DNA of 64,000 nucleotides from Myxococcota bacterium (GCA_965228475.1 OZ245817.1:1600001-1664000), one strand, 5' to 3'. Shown: positions 27,347-48,644, numbered from the stretch's first letter. Program-made: numbers and translations. Notes: generated by a model from the sequence alone, not told the origin.

Positions 27347-28102
27347 ATGGCCCAAGGCGAGATCCTCTACGGCGTCCACCCGGTTCGGGAAGCCCTGCGC
27401 GCCCGCCGGCGCAAGCCCGTGCGGCTCCACGTGCGTTCGCGGATGCGGGAGGAGGTCGGGGACCTCGTCCGGCTGGCCCGGGAGATCGATCTGCCGGTGG
27501 TGGAGGTCGAGCCCGAGGCCCTGGTGCGTCTGGCCGGGGAGGAGGCGCGGACCCAGGGCGTGGTCCTCGAGGCGGGGCCGCTTCCGGAGGTCGAGCTCGG
27601 TGCCCTGGCCACGGACGGCTCGGACCAGGCCTGTCTGGTCGCCCTCGACGGGGTGGAAGACCCTCAGAACGTCGGTGCGATCGTCCGGGTCGCCGAATCC
27701 GCCGGGGTTACCGGGCTGATCCTCACGCGGCGGCATGCCCCGCCGCTGTCGCCCGCCCTGGCCCGGGCCAGCGCCGGGGCCATCGAGCATCTCCCGGTCG
27801 CCCGGGTCCCGAACCTGGCCCGGTCCCTCAAGTCCTTGAAAGCGAAAGAGTTCTGGGTCTTCGGGGGCGTCGCCGAGGGCGGCGAGGACCTGTTCGGGCT
27901 CCCCGACCGCCTGGCCTCGGGCAAGAAGATCGTGGTGGTCGGCGCGGAGGGGAAGGGGCTCCGGCCCTCGGTGCTCGCGGAGGTCGACCACCGGGTGCGG
28001 ATCCCCCTGGCCGGCCAGGTCCAATCCCTCAACGTCTCGACCGCGGCGGCGGTCCTGCTGTTCGAGCTGAGGCGCCGGGGCGGGGTCGGGCCGACCGGCT
28101 GA
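27347..28102 (+). CDS. rlmB: 23S rRNA (Gm2251) methyltransferase, TrmH/SpoU family
   Basis: YGVHPVREAL, LDGVEDPQNVGAIVR, GAEGKG and SLNVSTA motifs. Confidence 0.92.
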   Translation: MAQGEILYGVHPVREALRARRRKPVRLHVRSRMREEVGDLVRLAREIDLPVVEVEPEALVRLAGEEARTQGVVLEAGPLPEVELGALATDGSDQACLVALDGVEDPQNVGAIVRVAESAGVTGLILTRRHAPPLSPALARASAGAIEHLPVARVPNLARSLKSLKAKEFWVFGGVAEGGEDLFGLPDRLASGKKIVVVGAEGKGLRPSVLAEVDHRVRIPLAGQVQSLNVSTAAAVLLFELRRRGGVGPTG

Positions 28103-28140
28103 TTCGGGTGATTTCCCGCGAGGTTCCGGGCTCAGTCGCC

Positions 28141-28169
28141 TTGCTGGCTCGGGCCGGGCGCCGTATATT
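28141..28169 (+). promoter_or_regulatory. sigma70 promoter of the tRNA-tuf operon
   Basis: TTGCTG-N17-TATATT followed by a GC-rich discriminator (CCCGCG). Confidence 0.7.
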
Positions 28170-28216
28170 CCCGCGACTTCAGCAACAAGTGGATCCAGCG
28201 AAACGACTCGCTTCCG

Positions 28217-28292
28217 GCCGGCGTAGCTCAACTGGTAGAGCAGCTGATTTGTAATCAGCAGGTTGCGGGTTCGAGTCCCATCGCCGGCTCCA
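28217..28292 (+). tRNA. tRNA-Thr (TGT)
   Basis: Cloverleaf, anticodon loop TTTGTAA, CCA end. Confidence 0.97.
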
Positions 28293-28469
28293 TGCGGTTC
28301 GGGCACGGGTGGCGGCGCACGGCGTCGTAACGAAAAAGAAGAGGAACCCAGGCAGTTCCCGTCGGCGGTTGCCGCGCTTCGGCGCGAACGCGGACCGCCG
28401 GGACGGTAGGGCTGCTTACGCTTTTGTGTTTCACGCCTTCGCGCGGCGAAGGCAAGTAGGGAAACGGAC

Positions 28470-28555
28470 GGAGAGGTACCGAAGCGGCCAAACGGGGCAG
28501 ACTGTAAATCTGCTGGCTTATGCCTTCGGAGGTTCGAATCCTCCCCTCTCCACCA
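28470..28555 (+). tRNA. tRNA-Tyr (GTA)
   Basis: Cloverleaf with variable arm, anticodon loop CTGTAAA, CCA end. Confidence 0.97.
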
Positions 28556-28615
28556 CGCTCGGGTCGGAACGAGAATGAGTCGGAACGAGGCCGAGTTGGA
28601 ACGAGACCGAGACTG

Positions 28616-28692
28616 GCGGGAATAGCTCAGCTGGCTAGAGCACAAGCCTTCCAAGCTTGGGGTCGCGGGTTCGAATCCCGTTTCCCGCTCCA
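28616..28692 (+). tRNA. tRNA-Gly (TCC)
   Basis: Cloverleaf, anticodon loop CTTCCAA, CCA end. Confidence 0.97.
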
Positions 28693-28788
28693 TGGAATCC
28701 GGCGAAGGCGCGGCCTTCGCGAGACGAAGCGAGAGACGAAGAAGGCGAAGACGGAGTCTTCGCGAGAGAAGAACTAGAAGGAACGTTC

Positions 28789-28864
28789 GCCCACGTAGCT
28801 CAGTCGGTAGAGCACGTCCTTGGTAAGGACGAGGTCAGCGGTTCAATCCCGCTCGTGGGCTCCA
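28789..28864 (+). tRNA. tRNA-Thr (GGT)
   Basis: Cloverleaf, anticodon loop TTGGTAA, CCA end. Canonical thrU-tyrU-glyT-thrT-tufB order. Confidence 0.97.
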
Positions 28865-28930
28865 CCGAAAGACGACCGCACCCGAGGGTGCAATGCCAGT
28901 GCGTGGCACAGCGAGGAGAAGAGGGATCCG

Positions 28931-30121
<1,191 letters not shown>

Positions 30122-30261
30122 GCGAGGAAGAAAGACCCGGGCCGGTTGCGGCTCGCCGTGCGCAAGCGAAGCGCGCAGTGAGCCAAGGGCGAACGAAGGC
30201 GGGCAGGGCGACACGCGCGGCCGATAACCCGCCAGGTTGGCACGGCCGATACCCGGCAAGT

Positions 30262-30337
30262 AGGCGCGTAGCACAATTGGTAGTGCATCGGACTCCAAAT
30301 CCGGAGGTTGGGGGTTCAAGTCCCTCCGCGCCTGCCA
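30262..30337 (+). tRNA. tRNA-Trp (CCA)
   Basis: AGGCGCG stem, anticodon loop CTCCAAA, CCA end. Usual position before secE. Confidence 0.96.
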
Positions 30338-30364
30338 GCTTCGACCGGAGAGGAAAGGAACGAC

Positions 30365-30568
30365 ATGGCGAATCCTGCCGATTGGGTGCGTGACTCCCGA
30401 CAGTTCCTCTCCGAGGTGCAGGCGGAGTTCAAGAAGGTCACGTGGCCCAGCCAGAAGGAGTACGTGGGCGGGACCATCGGCGTGGTGGTGGTGGTCACGA
30501 TCGTGACGATCGTGTTGGGCTTGACGGACTTCGTCCTCGGCGGAGCCGTCAAGGCGATCCTTCCTTAG
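30365..30568 (+). CDS. secE: Preprotein translocase SecE
   Basis: [16 protein letters not shown] plus a TM segment. Confidence 0.95.
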   Translation: MANPADWVRDSRQFLSEVQAEFKKVTWPSQKEYVGGTIGVVVVVTIVTIVLGLTDFVLGGAVKAILP

Positions 30569-30584
30569 GGGAATGGAGCGAACG

Positions 30585-31175
30585 ATGACGGACCCGATCG
30601 AAACGACCACGCCGGCCCCGGCGACGAGCACCGGCGCTCCCAAGCGCTGGTACATCGTGCACACGTATTCGGGGCACGAGAACAAGGTCAAGCAGTCGCT
30701 GCTCGAGCGGGCCAAGCTGCTCGAGCACGAGGACGCCTTCGACGAGGTGCTGATTCCGGAAGAGACCGTGGTGGAGCTGGTGAAGGGCGGAGAGAAGCGC
30801 ACGTCGAAGCGCAAGTTCTTCCCCGGCTACATCCTGGTGCACATGGATCTGAACGACGAGACCTGGCACATCGTGCGCGACACGCCGAAGGTGACGGGCT
30901 TCGTCGGGACCGACGGAGGGAAGAAGCCGACGCCCATCTCGGACGACGAGGTGGCGCGGATGACCCAGCAGATGAAGGAGGGTGCCTCCAAGCCCAAGCC
31001 GCGCATCAGCTTCGAGGAAGGTGAGAGCGTGCGGGTGACGGCCGGGCCCTTTGCCAACTTCTCCGGCTACGTGGACGAAGTCCGGCCCGAGAAGGAGAAG
31101 GTGCGCGTGATGGTTCAGGTGTTCGGTCGGGCCACGCCGATCGAGCTCGATTACATCCAGGTAGAGAAGGCGTAG
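30585..31175 (+). CDS. nusG: Transcription antitermination factor NusG
   Basis: [20 protein letters not shown] and [11 protein letters not shown]. Alternative start at 30573. Confidence 0.97.
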   Translation: MTDPIETTTPAPATSTGAPKRWYIVHTYSGHENKVKQSLLERAKLLEHEDAFDEVLIPEETVVELVKGGEKRTSKRKFFPGYILVHMDLNDETWHIVRDTPKVTGFVGTDGGKKPTPISDDEVARMTQQMKEGASKPKPRISFEEGESVRVTAGPFANFSGYVDEVRPEKEKVRVMVQVFGRATPIELDYIQVEKA

Positions 31176-31178
31176 GCG

Positions 31179-31604
31179 GTGGCCAAGAAAGTCGTTGCAG
31201 TCGTGAAGCTCCAGTGCCCGGCCGGGCAGGCGAACCCGTCGCCGCCGGTGGGCCCGGCCCTGGGCCAGCACGGCGTGAACATCATGGAGTTCTGCAAGGC
31301 GTTCAACGCGCGGACGCAGGACAAGCCGGGTCTGATCATCCCGTCGATCATCACGATCTACGCGGACCGGACCTTCACCTTCGAGCTGAAGACGCCGCCG
31401 GCGGCGATCCTGCTCAAGAAGGCGGCGAAGCTCGAGAAGGGCTCGGGCGAGCCGAACCGCAACAAGGTCGGCAAGGTGACCAAGGCCCAGGTGAAGGAAA
31501 TCGCCGAGCTGAAGGCCCCCGACCTCAACGCGAACGACATCGACATGGCGATGCGCATCATCGAGGGCACGGCCCGTTCGATGGGCATCGAGGTGGAGGG
31601 TTAG
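31179..31604 (+). CDS. rplK: 50S ribosomal protein L11
   Basis: [21 protein letters not shown]. Confidence 0.98.
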   Translation: MAKKVVAVVKLQCPAGQANPSPPVGPALGQHGVNIMEFCKAFNARTQDKPGLIIPSIITIYADRTFTFELKTPPAAILLKKAAKLEKGSGEPNRNKVGKVTKAQVKEIAELKAPDLNANDIDMAMRIIEGTARSMGIEVEG

Positions 31605-31606
31605 GC

Positions 31607-32311
31607 GTGGGCAAGCTCGCCAAGCGATACCGCGCGGCTCTCGAGGCCATCGACAAGGAGCGCCACTATCCGCTCTCCGATGCGGTGGGTCTCGTGAAGG
31701 ACCACGGCGCGACCAAGTTCGACGAGAGCGTGGACCTCGCGATCAATCTCGGCGTCGACCCGAAGCATGCCGACCAGATGGTGCGCGGCGCGCTCGTGCT
31801 GCCCCACGGCACCGGCGGCGACACCCGCATCCTGGTCTTCGCCAAGGGCGACAAGGAGAACGAGGCGCGCGAAGCCGGTGCGGACCACGTCGGCGGCGAG
31901 GACCTCGCCAAGAAGATCACGGACGAGGGCTGGCTCGAGTTCGACCGCGTGATCGCGACGCCGGACATGATGGCCGTCGTCGGCCGCCTCGGGAAGGTGC
32001 TCGGCCCGCGCGGCCTGATGCCGAACCCGAAGCTCGGCACCGTGACCATGGACGTCACGACCGCCGTGCAGGAGAACAAGGCGGGCAAGGTCGAGTACCG
32101 CGTCGACAAGAACGGCATCGTTCACGTCGCCGTCGGCAAGCGCTCGTTCGACAAGGACCACCTGGTGGACAACGCGGCGGCGATCCTCGACGCGGTGATC
32201 AAGGCCAAGCCGGCCGCCGCCAAGGGCACCTATCTCAAGAAGATCTCGATTTCGTCCACGATGGGGCCGAGCGTGCGCATCGACGCCGCCTCCGTCGGGG
32301 CGGCGGCGTAG
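31607..32311 (+). CDS. rplA: 50S ribosomal protein L1
   Basis: KFDESVD...[11 protein letters not shown]...SSTMGP. GTG start. Confidence 0.98.
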   Translation: MGKLAKRYRAALEAIDKERHYPLSDAVGLVKDHGATKFDESVDLAINLGVDPKHADQMVRGALVLPHGTGGDTRILVFAKGDKENEAREAGADHVGGEDLAKKITDEGWLEFDRVIATPDMMAVVGRLGKVLGPRGLMPNPKLGTVTMDVTTAVQENKAGKVEYRVDKNGIVHVAVGKRSFDKDHLVDNAAAILDAVIKAKPAAAKGTYLKKISISSTMGPSVRIDAASVGAAA

Positions 32312-32320
32312 GGGGCGGAA

Positions 32321-32848
32321 GTGCTTACGCGAGGCCAGAAGGAAGAGCAGGTCGCGGACCTGCGCGGGAAGTTCGAAGCCGCGACGAGCATCATCGTGGC
32401 GGACTATCGCGGGCTCGACGTGCCGGCGGTGAACGACCTGCGCGGGAAGCTGCGCGAGGGCGGCCACGAATACCGCGTCGCCAAGAACTCGCTCATGAAG
32501 ATCGCGGCGGCCGGCACCGGCGCCGAGGTCATCACCGAGAAGTTCACGGGGCCGACGGCGATCGCCATCTCCGCCGGGGATCCGGCCGGGCTCGCCAAGA
32601 CGCTGGTCGAGTACGCGAAGGAGAACGAAGCCTTCGAGATCACCGGCGGCATGGTGGATGGCAAGGCACTCGAGGTGGCCGAGATCGGCACCCTCGCCAC
32701 GCTGCCTTCGCTCGACTCCCTGCGCGGCAAGATCATCGGCCTGCTGCAGGCGCCGGCAACGAAGATCGCGGGCGTGCTCCAGGCGCCGGCCGGGCAGCTG
32801 GCCCGCCTCGCCGCGGCTCGCAAGGACCAGCTCGGAGAGGGCGCCTAG
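32321..32848 (+). CDS. rplJ: 50S ribosomal protein L10
   Basis: DYRGL, VAKNSL and LATLPS motifs, plus synteny. Confidence 0.96.
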   Translation: MLTRGQKEEQVADLRGKFEAATSIIVADYRGLDVPAVNDLRGKLREGGHEYRVAKNSLMKIAAAGTGAEVITEKFTGPTAIAISAGDPAGLAKTLVEYAKENEAFEITGGMVDGKALEVAEIGTLATLPSLDSLRGKIIGLLQAPATKIAGVLQAPAGQLARLAAARKDQLGEGA

Positions 32849-32973
32849 CGCCACGTGTCATGCGGACGGCCCCCGCCCTGGGCGGGGAGCGTCCGAGGGA
32901 ATCCAAAACCGTCGCGGGACGTATCCCGCCCATCCGGCCGTCGAGCCGGAGCAGCAAGAAGGACTGAAACGAA

Positions 32974-33354
32974 ATGGCCGATCTCAACGCAATTGCCGAT
33001 CAGCTCTCGGAGCTCACCGTCATGGAAGCCGCCGAGCTCGCCACGCTTCTCGAGGAGAAGTGGGGCGTCTCCGCCGCTGCACCCGTGGCCGTCGCCGCCG
33101 CCGGTGGCGGGGGTGGCGAAGCCGCCGCTGCCGCCGAGGACAAGGACGAGTTCGACGTCATCCTCGTCTCCGCCGGCGACAAGAAGATCCAGGTCATCAA
33201 GGAGGTGCGTGGCATCACGTCCCTCGGCCTGAAGGAAGCCAAGGAGCTCGTCGAAGGTGCACCCAAGCCGATCAAGGAAGGCGTGCCGAAGGACGAGGCC
33301 GAAGAGATCAAGAAGAAGATCGAAGAGGCCGGCGGGCAGGCGGACGTCAAATAG
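32974..33354 (+). CDS. rplL: 50S ribosomal protein L7/L12
   Basis: [11 protein letters not shown]...KIQVIKEVR...LGLKEAK. Confidence 0.98.
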   Translation: MADLNAIADQLSELTVMEAAELATLLEEKWGVSAAAPVAVAAAGGGGGEAAAAAEDKDEFDVILVSAGDKKIQVIKEVRGITSLGLKEAKELVEGAPKPIKEGVPKDEAEEIKKKIEEAGGQADVK

Positions 33355-33448
33355 CCACCGGGTCGAGCATTCGGTTCGAGCCCGCTGACGCAGAGTCGCG
33401 TCCGCGGGCCATTTCCTGTTGCACCTTCTCCGGAGGGGGGTACCGAGC

Positions 33449-37636
<4,188 letters not shown>

Positions 37637-37648
37637 AGGGGCTGCACC

Positions 37649-41818
<4,170 letters not shown>

Positions 41819-41843
41819 GGCCCTCGAGCGGATTTCGAACGTC

Positions 41844-41884
41844 GAGCGGCGCTGTCCCCGCGGGGGCAGCGCCGCTCTGCTTTT
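41844..41884 (+). terminator. Rho-independent terminator after rpoC
   Basis: GAGCGGCGCTGTCCCC/GGGGGCAGCGCCGCTC stem followed by TGCTTTT. Confidence 0.7.
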
Positions 41885-41933
41885 CGGGGGCCGGGCGGCC
41901 TCGAAAGGCCGGATCCGGGGCTCCGGCAACCGG

Positions 41934-41961
41934 TTGACAGCCCACCTAAGCCAGTTAGAAT
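41934..41961 (+). promoter_or_regulatory. sigma70 promoter of the str operon
   Basis: TTGACA-N16-TAGAAT. Confidence 0.8.
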
Positions 41962-42219
41962 GCTGCCGTTTTCGCGATCAGTGCGCAGGTTCTTCGACCG
42001 CGCCTTGACCCGTCGGAGTGGGTTGCCCGAGCTCCCGCGTTCCGGTCTCTCCGAAGGTCAAGGTTGGACGGCCGGGGGCTTGTCGTCTCTGCTTTCCGGT
42101 GCATTTCCAGGGCACCGGGTTTCTTCAACGGTCGGTTCGCGCGGCATGCCGTGCGCGCCACCACAGAACGGCCGCCGCGTGCGTGCACGCCGGCCACATC
42201 GGAATGGAGTGGGGATCTC

Positions 42220-42591
42220 ATGCCCACATTTCAGCAGTTGGTTCGAAAGGGTCGCAAGCGCAAGCCCAATCGCTCCACCGCCCCGGACTTGATGAAGTCG
42301 CCGCAGAAGCGCGCCGTTTGTCTGCGCGTCTACACCGCGACGCCGAAGAAGCCGAACTCCGCGCTCCGCAAGGTCGCGCGTGTTCGTCTGACGAACGGGC
42401 GCGAGGTGAACGCGTACATCCCGGGCGTCGGGCATACGCTCCAGGAGCACTCGGTGGTCCTGGTTCGCGGCGGGCGCGTGAAGGATCTGCCGGGCGTGCG
42501 TTACCACATCGTGCGCGGTGCGCTCGATGCCACGGGCGTGGCGGATCGTCACCAGAGCCGCTCGAAGTACGGCGCCAAGCGCCCGAAGTAG
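42220..42591 (+). CDS. rpsL: 30S ribosomal protein S12
   Basis: [11 protein letters not shown] and [10 protein letters not shown]. Confidence 0.98.
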   Translation: MPTFQQLVRKGRKRKPNRSTAPDLMKSPQKRAVCLRVYTATPKKPNSALRKVARVRLTNGREVNAYIPGVGHTLQEHSVVLVRGGRVKDLPGVRYHIVRGALDATGVADRHQSRSKYGAKRPK

Positions 42592-42664
42592 TTTTTTCCC
42601 CGATGGCCGGCGAGGGTTGCCCCGCCGGCCGTTGCTCGTTTGCAAGCGGAGGACGCAGGACACC

Positions 42665-43135
42665 ATGCCTCGTCGACGAGAAGTACCCAAGCGCGACATG
42701 CAGCCGGACCCCCGATACGGGGATCGGCTGCTCGGTCGTTTCATCAACGTCGTCATGCGGGACGGCAAGAAGAGCACCTCGGAGAAGGTGATCTACGGCG
42801 CTTTCGAGATCATCGAGAGCAAGACGCGCAACGACCCGCTGCAGATGTTCCGCCGCGCCATGGACAACATCCGGCCCCGCGTCGAGGTGAAGTCCCGGCG
42901 CGTCGGCGGCGCGACGTACCAGGTGCCGATCGAGGTGCGCCCCGAGCGCGCGACGTCCCTCGCCATGCGCTGGCTGAAGGACTACTCGCGAGCCCGTGAC
43001 GGCAAGAGCTTCGCGGACAAGCTGGCGAACGAGATCATCGATGCGGCCAACGAGCGTGGCGAGAGCGTGAAGAAGCGCGACGACACGCACCGCATGGCAG
43101 ACGCGAACAAGGCGTTCGCGCACTACCGCTGGTAA
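42665..43135 (+). CDS. rpsG: 30S ribosomal protein S7
   Basis: MPRRR...[12 protein letters not shown]...[10 protein letters not shown]. Confidence 0.98.
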   Translation: MPRRREVPKRDMQPDPRYGDRLLGRFINVVMRDGKKSTSEKVIYGAFEIIESKTRNDPLQMFRRAMDNIRPRVEVKSRRVGGATYQVPIEVRPERATSLAMRWLKDYSRARDGKSFADKLANEIIDAANERGESVKKRDDTHRMADANKAFAHYRW

Positions 43136-43183
43136 CGAACCCCCTGGCGTAGCGGGACGGTCCCGCAGCGCCCCGAGTGAGAC

Positions 43184-45250
43184 ATGGCACGCACGTCCCT
43201 CGAAAGAACAAGGAACATCGGCATCATGGCGCACATCGATGCCGGGAAGACCACGACCACGGAGCGGGTCCTGTTCTATACGGGCGTGAACTACAAGATC
43301 GGTGAAGTTCACGATGGCGCGGCCACGATGGACTGGATGGAGCAGGAGCAGGAGCGTGGCATCACGATCACGTCCGCTGCGACGACCTGCTTCTGGAAGG
43401 ACCACCGCATCAACATCATCGACACGCCCGGGCACGTGGACTTCACCATCGAGGTCGAGCGTTCGCTCCGCGTGCTCGACGGTGCGGTGGCCGTGTTCTG
43501 TGGCGTCGGCGGCGTCGAGCCCCAGTCCGAGACGGTCTGGCGCCAGGCGGACCGCTACGGCGTGCCCCGCATCGCCTTCGTCAACAAGATGGACCGCGTG
43601 GGCGCGGACTTCGGCCGCGTGGTCGAGATGATCCGCGAGCGCCTGGGCGCGAACCCGGTGCCGCTCCAGGTTCCGATGGGCGCCGAGGACACGTTCCGCG
43701 GCGTGATCGACGTGATCGAAGAGAAGGCCATCGTCTGGAACGACGACTCCCTCGGCGCGGAGTTCCAGGAGGAGCCGATCCCGGAGGATCTCGTGCCGGC
43801 CTTCGAGGCCGCCCGCGAGCTGGTCATCGAGGCCGCCGCGGACTTCGACGACGACCTCGCCGTCCGCTTCCTCGAGGGCGAGGCCATCGAGCCGGCCGCC
43901 CTGCGCAAGGCGCTTCGCCAGGCCGCCCTCGAGCTCAAGATCGTGCCCGTGCTGTGCGGCACGGCCTTCAAGAACAAGGGCGTCCAGCCGTTGCTGGACG
44001 CGATCATCGAGTATCTGCCTTCGCCCCTCGACGTGCCGCCGGTGGAAGCCCAATCCGTGAAGCGCGGCGAGACGGTGCTGCGGAAGGCCAGCGACGACGA
44101 GCCCTTCTCGGCCCTGGCGTTCAAGATCATGAGCGACAAGCACGTCGGCAGCCTGACCTACGTGCGCGTCTACTCCGGCAAGGTCGAGCCGGGCAAGCAG
44201 CTCCTGAACGCCGCGACGGACAAGAAGGAGCGCGTCGGGCGCATCCTCCAGATGCACGCGAACAAGCGCCAGGAAGTGGATTCCCTCCACGCCGGCGACA
44301 TCGCGGCGATCGTCGGCATGAAGACGGTCCGCACGGGCGACACCCTGGCCGACCCGAAGCATCCGGTGCTGCTCGAGTCCATCGAATTCCCGGAGCCGGT
44401 CATCTCGATCGCGATCGAGGCCAAGACCAAGGCCGACATGGACCGCCTGGGCGCGGCCCTCGAGCGGCTGGCCCAGGAGGACCCGTCCTTCCGCGTCTCG
44501 GTCAACGAAGAGACCGCCCAGACCATCATCTCCGGCATGGGTGAGTTGCACCTCGAGATCATCACGGACCGCCTGGTGCGCGAGTTCAACGTCGACGCCA
44601 ACGTCGGCGCGCCGCAGGTCGCCTTCAAGGAGACGATCCGCAAGGCGGTGAGCGTCGAGGGCCGCTACATCAAGCAGAGCGGCGGCTCGGGCGACTTCGG
44701 TGTGGTCCAGCTCGAGGTGGAGCCGGGCGAGCCGGGCTCGGGCTTCGTCTTCGAGACGGCCGTCAAGGGCGGCAGCGTCCCGAAGGAGTACTTCAACCCG
44801 ATCCGCCAGGGCTGCGAAGAGGCCTGCCAGAGCGGCGAGCTCGCGGGCTATCCGGTGGTCGACGTGAAGGTCACCCTGGTCGACGGCCAGACGCACGAGG
44901 TCGATTCCTCGGAGCGCTCCTTCAAGATCGCCGGCTCCCTCGGCATGCGCGAGGCGCTGCGCACGGCGGGCCCGGTGCTGCTCGAGCCGGTGATGTCCGT
45001 CGAGGTCGTGACCCCGGAGGACTTCGTCGGCGGCGTGCAGGGCGACCTCAACAGCCGCCGCGGACAGATCACGGGAATCGAGATGCGCGCGGGGGCGCAG
45101 GTCATCCAGGCCGACGTCCCGCTCGCGACCATGTTCGGCTACGTCAACAACCTCCGGTCGATGACCCAGGGTCGGGCGACCTACACGATGCAGTTCAAGA
45201 ACTACATGCAGGTACCGGAGAACGTCGCCGCGGGGCTGGCACACCGCTAG
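43184..45250 (+). CDS. fusA: Elongation factor G
   Basis: [27 protein letters not shown] and GMGELHL motifs. Confidence 0.98.
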   Translation: MARTSLERTRNIGIMAHIDAGKTTTTERVLFYTGVNYKIGEVHDGAATMDWMEQEQERGITITSAATTCFWKDHRINIIDTPGHVDFTIEVERSLRVLDGAVAVFCGVGGVEPQSETVWRQADRYGVPRIAFVNKMDRVGADFGRVVEMIRERLGANPVPLQVPMGAEDTFRGVIDVIEEKAIVWNDDSLGAEFQEEPIPEDLVPAFEAARELVIEAAADFDDDLAVRFLEGEAIEPAALRKALRQAALELKIVPVLCGTAFKNKGVQPLLDAIIEYLPSPLDVPPVEAQSVKRGETVLRKASDDEPFSALAFKIMSDKHVGSLTYVRVYSGKVEPGKQLLNAATDKKERVGRILQMHANKRQEVDSLHAGDIAAIVGMKTVRTGDTLADPKHPVLLESIEFPEPVISIAIEAKTKADMDRLGAALERLAQEDPSFRVSVNEETAQTIISGMGELHLEIITDRLVREFNVDANVGAPQVAFKETIRKAVSVEGRYIKQSGGSGDFGVVQLEVEPGEPGSGFVFETAVKGGSVPKEYFNPIRQGCEEACQSGELAGYPVVDVKVTLVDGQTHEVDSSERSFKIAGSLGMREALRTAGPVLLEPVMSVEVVTPEDFVGGVQGDLNSRRGQITGIEMRAGAQVIQADVPLATMFGYVNNLRSMTQGRATYTMQFKNYMQVPENVAAGLAHR

Positions 45251-45313
45251 CTCGCGGAGATCAACCGCCCCGCTGGCAAGACGGTCAGGGTGGCGAAAGG
45301 AAGAGGCGAAGGA

Positions 45314-46504
<1,191 letters not shown>

Positions 46505-46554
46505 CCACCCGAGGGTGGAACTTCGGATGGCTCGGCCATCCAGGAAAGACTGTT

Positions 46555-46872
46555 ATGGCTGACCTCGCACAGCAGAAGATCCGGATCCGGATGAAGGCGT
46601 ACGACTTCCGGCTGCTCGACCAGAGCGCGTCGGAGATCGTGGATACCGCCATCCGGACGGGCGCCCGGCTCGCCGGCCCCATTCCGCTTCCGACCACGAT
46701 CAACAAGTACACGGTCCTCCGGGGCCCGAACATCGACAAGAAGTCGCGCGAGCAGTTCGAGGTGCGCACGCACCGCCGGCTGATCGACATCCTGGAGCCG
46801 ACCCCGCAGACGGTCGACGCCCTGATGAAGCTCGAGCTCGCCGCCGGTGTCGACGTGGAGATCAAGCTCTAG
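46555..46872 (+). CDS. rpsJ: 30S ribosomal protein S10
   Basis: [10 protein letters not shown]...GPIPLPT...KKSREQFE. Confidence 0.98.
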   Translation: MADLAQQKIRIRMKAYDFRLLDQSASEIVDTAIRTGARLAGPIPLPTTINKYTVLRGPNIDKKSREQFEVRTHRRLIDILEPTPQTVDALMKLELAAGVDVEIKL

Positions 46873-46874
46873 CC

Positions 46875-47528
46875 ATGGCGACCCTCGACGTGAAAACCCT
46901 CGCCGGGAAGAAGAGCGGCACCATCGACCTCGACCCCGTCGTGTTCGAGGCCACGGTGAAGCCGCACCTCTTCCACGCGGAGGTCCGAAGGCAGTTGGCG
47001 GGACGCCGTGCGGGCACCCACGCCACCAAGAATCGCTCGCGCGTTTCGGGCGGCGGTGCCAAGCCGTTCCGGCAGAAGGGCACGGGCCGCGCCCGTGCCG
47101 GTACGACGCGTGCGCCCCAGTGGACGGGCGGCGGCGTCGTGTTCGGCCCGGTGCCGCGCAGCTACGACCACAAGCTTCCGAAGAAGATGCGCCGCGCGGC
47201 CCTCCGCAGCGCCGTCTCGGCACGCGTGGCCGAGCAGGCCGTGACGGTGGTCGACGCACTCGAGCTCGAAGCGGCCAAGACCCGCGAGCTCGTGGCGAAG
47301 CTCGGCGCCCTGGACCTCGCCGAGCGCTCGGTGCTGATCGTGATCGCCGAGGCCGACGAGAAGGTCGAGCGCGCTTCCCGGAACCTGCCGAACGTCGGTG
47401 CGATTCGCGCCGACGGCCTCAACGTCTACGACGTCCTGCGCCACGAGCATCTGCTCATGACCCAGGCCGGCGCCGAGGCGGTGGCCCGGCGGCTCGGCGA
47501 CTCCGCCGAGGAAGGGGCTGCATCGTGA
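46875..47528 (+). CDS. rplD: 50S ribosomal protein L4
   Basis: [20 protein letters not shown]...GGGVVFGP. Confidence 0.97.
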   Translation: MATLDVKTLAGKKSGTIDLDPVVFEATVKPHLFHAEVRRQLAGRRAGTHATKNRSRVSGGGAKPFRQKGTGRARAGTTRAPQWTGGGVVFGPVPRSYDHKLPKKMRRAALRSAVSARVAEQAVTVVDALELEAAKTRELVAKLGALDLAERSVLIVIAEADEKVERASRNLPNVGAIRADGLNVYDVLRHEHLLMTQAGAEAVARRLGDSAEEGAAS

Positions 47529-47812
47529 ACGTGCATCAAGTCATTCGCCGGCCGCTCGTCACGGAGAAGAGCAGCATCGGGCGCGAGGAGCAGAACCTCG
47601 TGACCTTTGCCGTCGCTCCCGACGCGAACAAGCCGGAGATCAAGCGGGCCGTCGAGTCGCTGTTCCAGGTGAACGTGCTCGAGGTCCGGACCATGCGGAT
47701 GCCCCGCAAGTCGCGCCGGGTGGGCGCGCACATGGGGCGCAAGCCGGAGTGGAAGAAGGCGATCGTGCGGCTGGCCGAAGGCCAGGCGATCGAATTCTTC
47801 GAAGGAGTCTAG
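47525..47812 (+). CDS. rplW: 50S ribosomal protein L23
   Basis: [10 protein letters not shown]...ANKPEIK...[12 protein letters not shown] overlap with rplD. Confidence 0.96.
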   Translation: MNVHQVIRRPLVTEKSSIGREEQNLVTFAVAPDANKPEIKRAVESLFQVNVLEVRTMRMPRKSRRVGAHMGRKPEWKKAIVRLAEGQAIEFFEGV

Positions 47813-47813
47813 G

Positions 47814-48644
47814 ATGGCCGTCAAGAACTACCGGCCGATGACCCCCGGACGACGGGGCATGTCCGTCTCGGACTTCGCCGAGCTGACGCGGGGCAAGCCC
47901 GAGCGCTCGCTCGTCACCGGTCTCGTGAAGAAGAGCGGCGGGCGAAACAGCAACGGGCGGATCACGGCCTGGCACCGGGGCGGCGGGCACAAGCGCCGCT
48001 ACCGAAAGATCGACTTCCGCCGCGACAAGCTCGGCGTTCCGGCCAAGGTCGCTGCCATCGAATACGACCCGAACCGGTCCGCGAACATCGCGCTGCTGCA
48101 CTATGCCGACGGCGAGAAGCGCTACATCCTCTCGCCGACGGACCTCCGCGTCGGGGACACGATCTCCTCGGGGCCGGATGCCGAGGTTCGGCCGGGCAAC
48201 GCGATCCCGATCGCCCGCATCCCGCTCGGCACCGTGCTGCACGCCATCGAGATGAAGCCCGGCAAGGGCGCCCAGCTCGTGCGGGCCGCCGGCGGCTCAG
48301 CGCAGCTCATGGCTCGCGAAGGCCGCTACGCCACGCTGCGTCTCCCGAGCGGTGAGCACCGCAAGATCCTCGTCGATTGCATGGCGACCATCGGCCAGGT
48401 CGGAAACCTGGACCACGAGAACCAGAGCATCGGCAAGGCGGGCCGCTCCCGTTGGAAGGGCAAGCGCTCGAACGTGCGCGGCGTCGCCATGAACCCGGTC
48501 GATCACCCGATGGGAGGCGGCGAGGGCCGCACTTCGGGCGGCCGCCAGCCTTGTACGCCCTGGGGCAAGCCGACCAAGGGCTACAAGACGCGCAGCAACA
48601 AGAGTTCCGATCGGTACATCGTCAAGAAGCGAGGGAAGAAGTAA
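47814..48644 (+). CDS. rplB: 50S ribosomal protein L2
   Basis: EYDPNRSA and [17 protein letters not shown]. Confidence 0.99.
   Translation: MAVKNYRPMTPGRRGMSVSDFAELTRGKPERSLVTGLVKKSGGRNSNGRITAWHRGGGHKRRYRKIDFRRDKLGVPAKVAAIEYDPNRSANIALLHYADGEKRYILSPTDLRVGDTISSGPDAEVRPGNAIPIARIPLGTVLHAIEMKPGKGAQLVRAAGGSAQLMAREGRYATLRLPSGEHRKILVDCMATIGQVGNLDHENQSIGKAGRSRWKGKRSNVRGVAMNPVDHPMGGGEGRTSGGRQPCTPWGKPTKGYKTRSNKSSDRYIVKKRGKK

Noticed and set aside
28561..28770. Possible CRISPR array in the tRNA spacers
   Set aside because: Repeats are short, degenerate and lack unique spacers of regular length. No cas genes are present.
44660..44930. Divergent EF-G domain IV ([22 protein letters not shown]) suggesting a specialised paralog
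   Set aside because: GTPase motifs and the key loop Gln and His are intact. The divergence is too mild to support a claim without a phylogeny.
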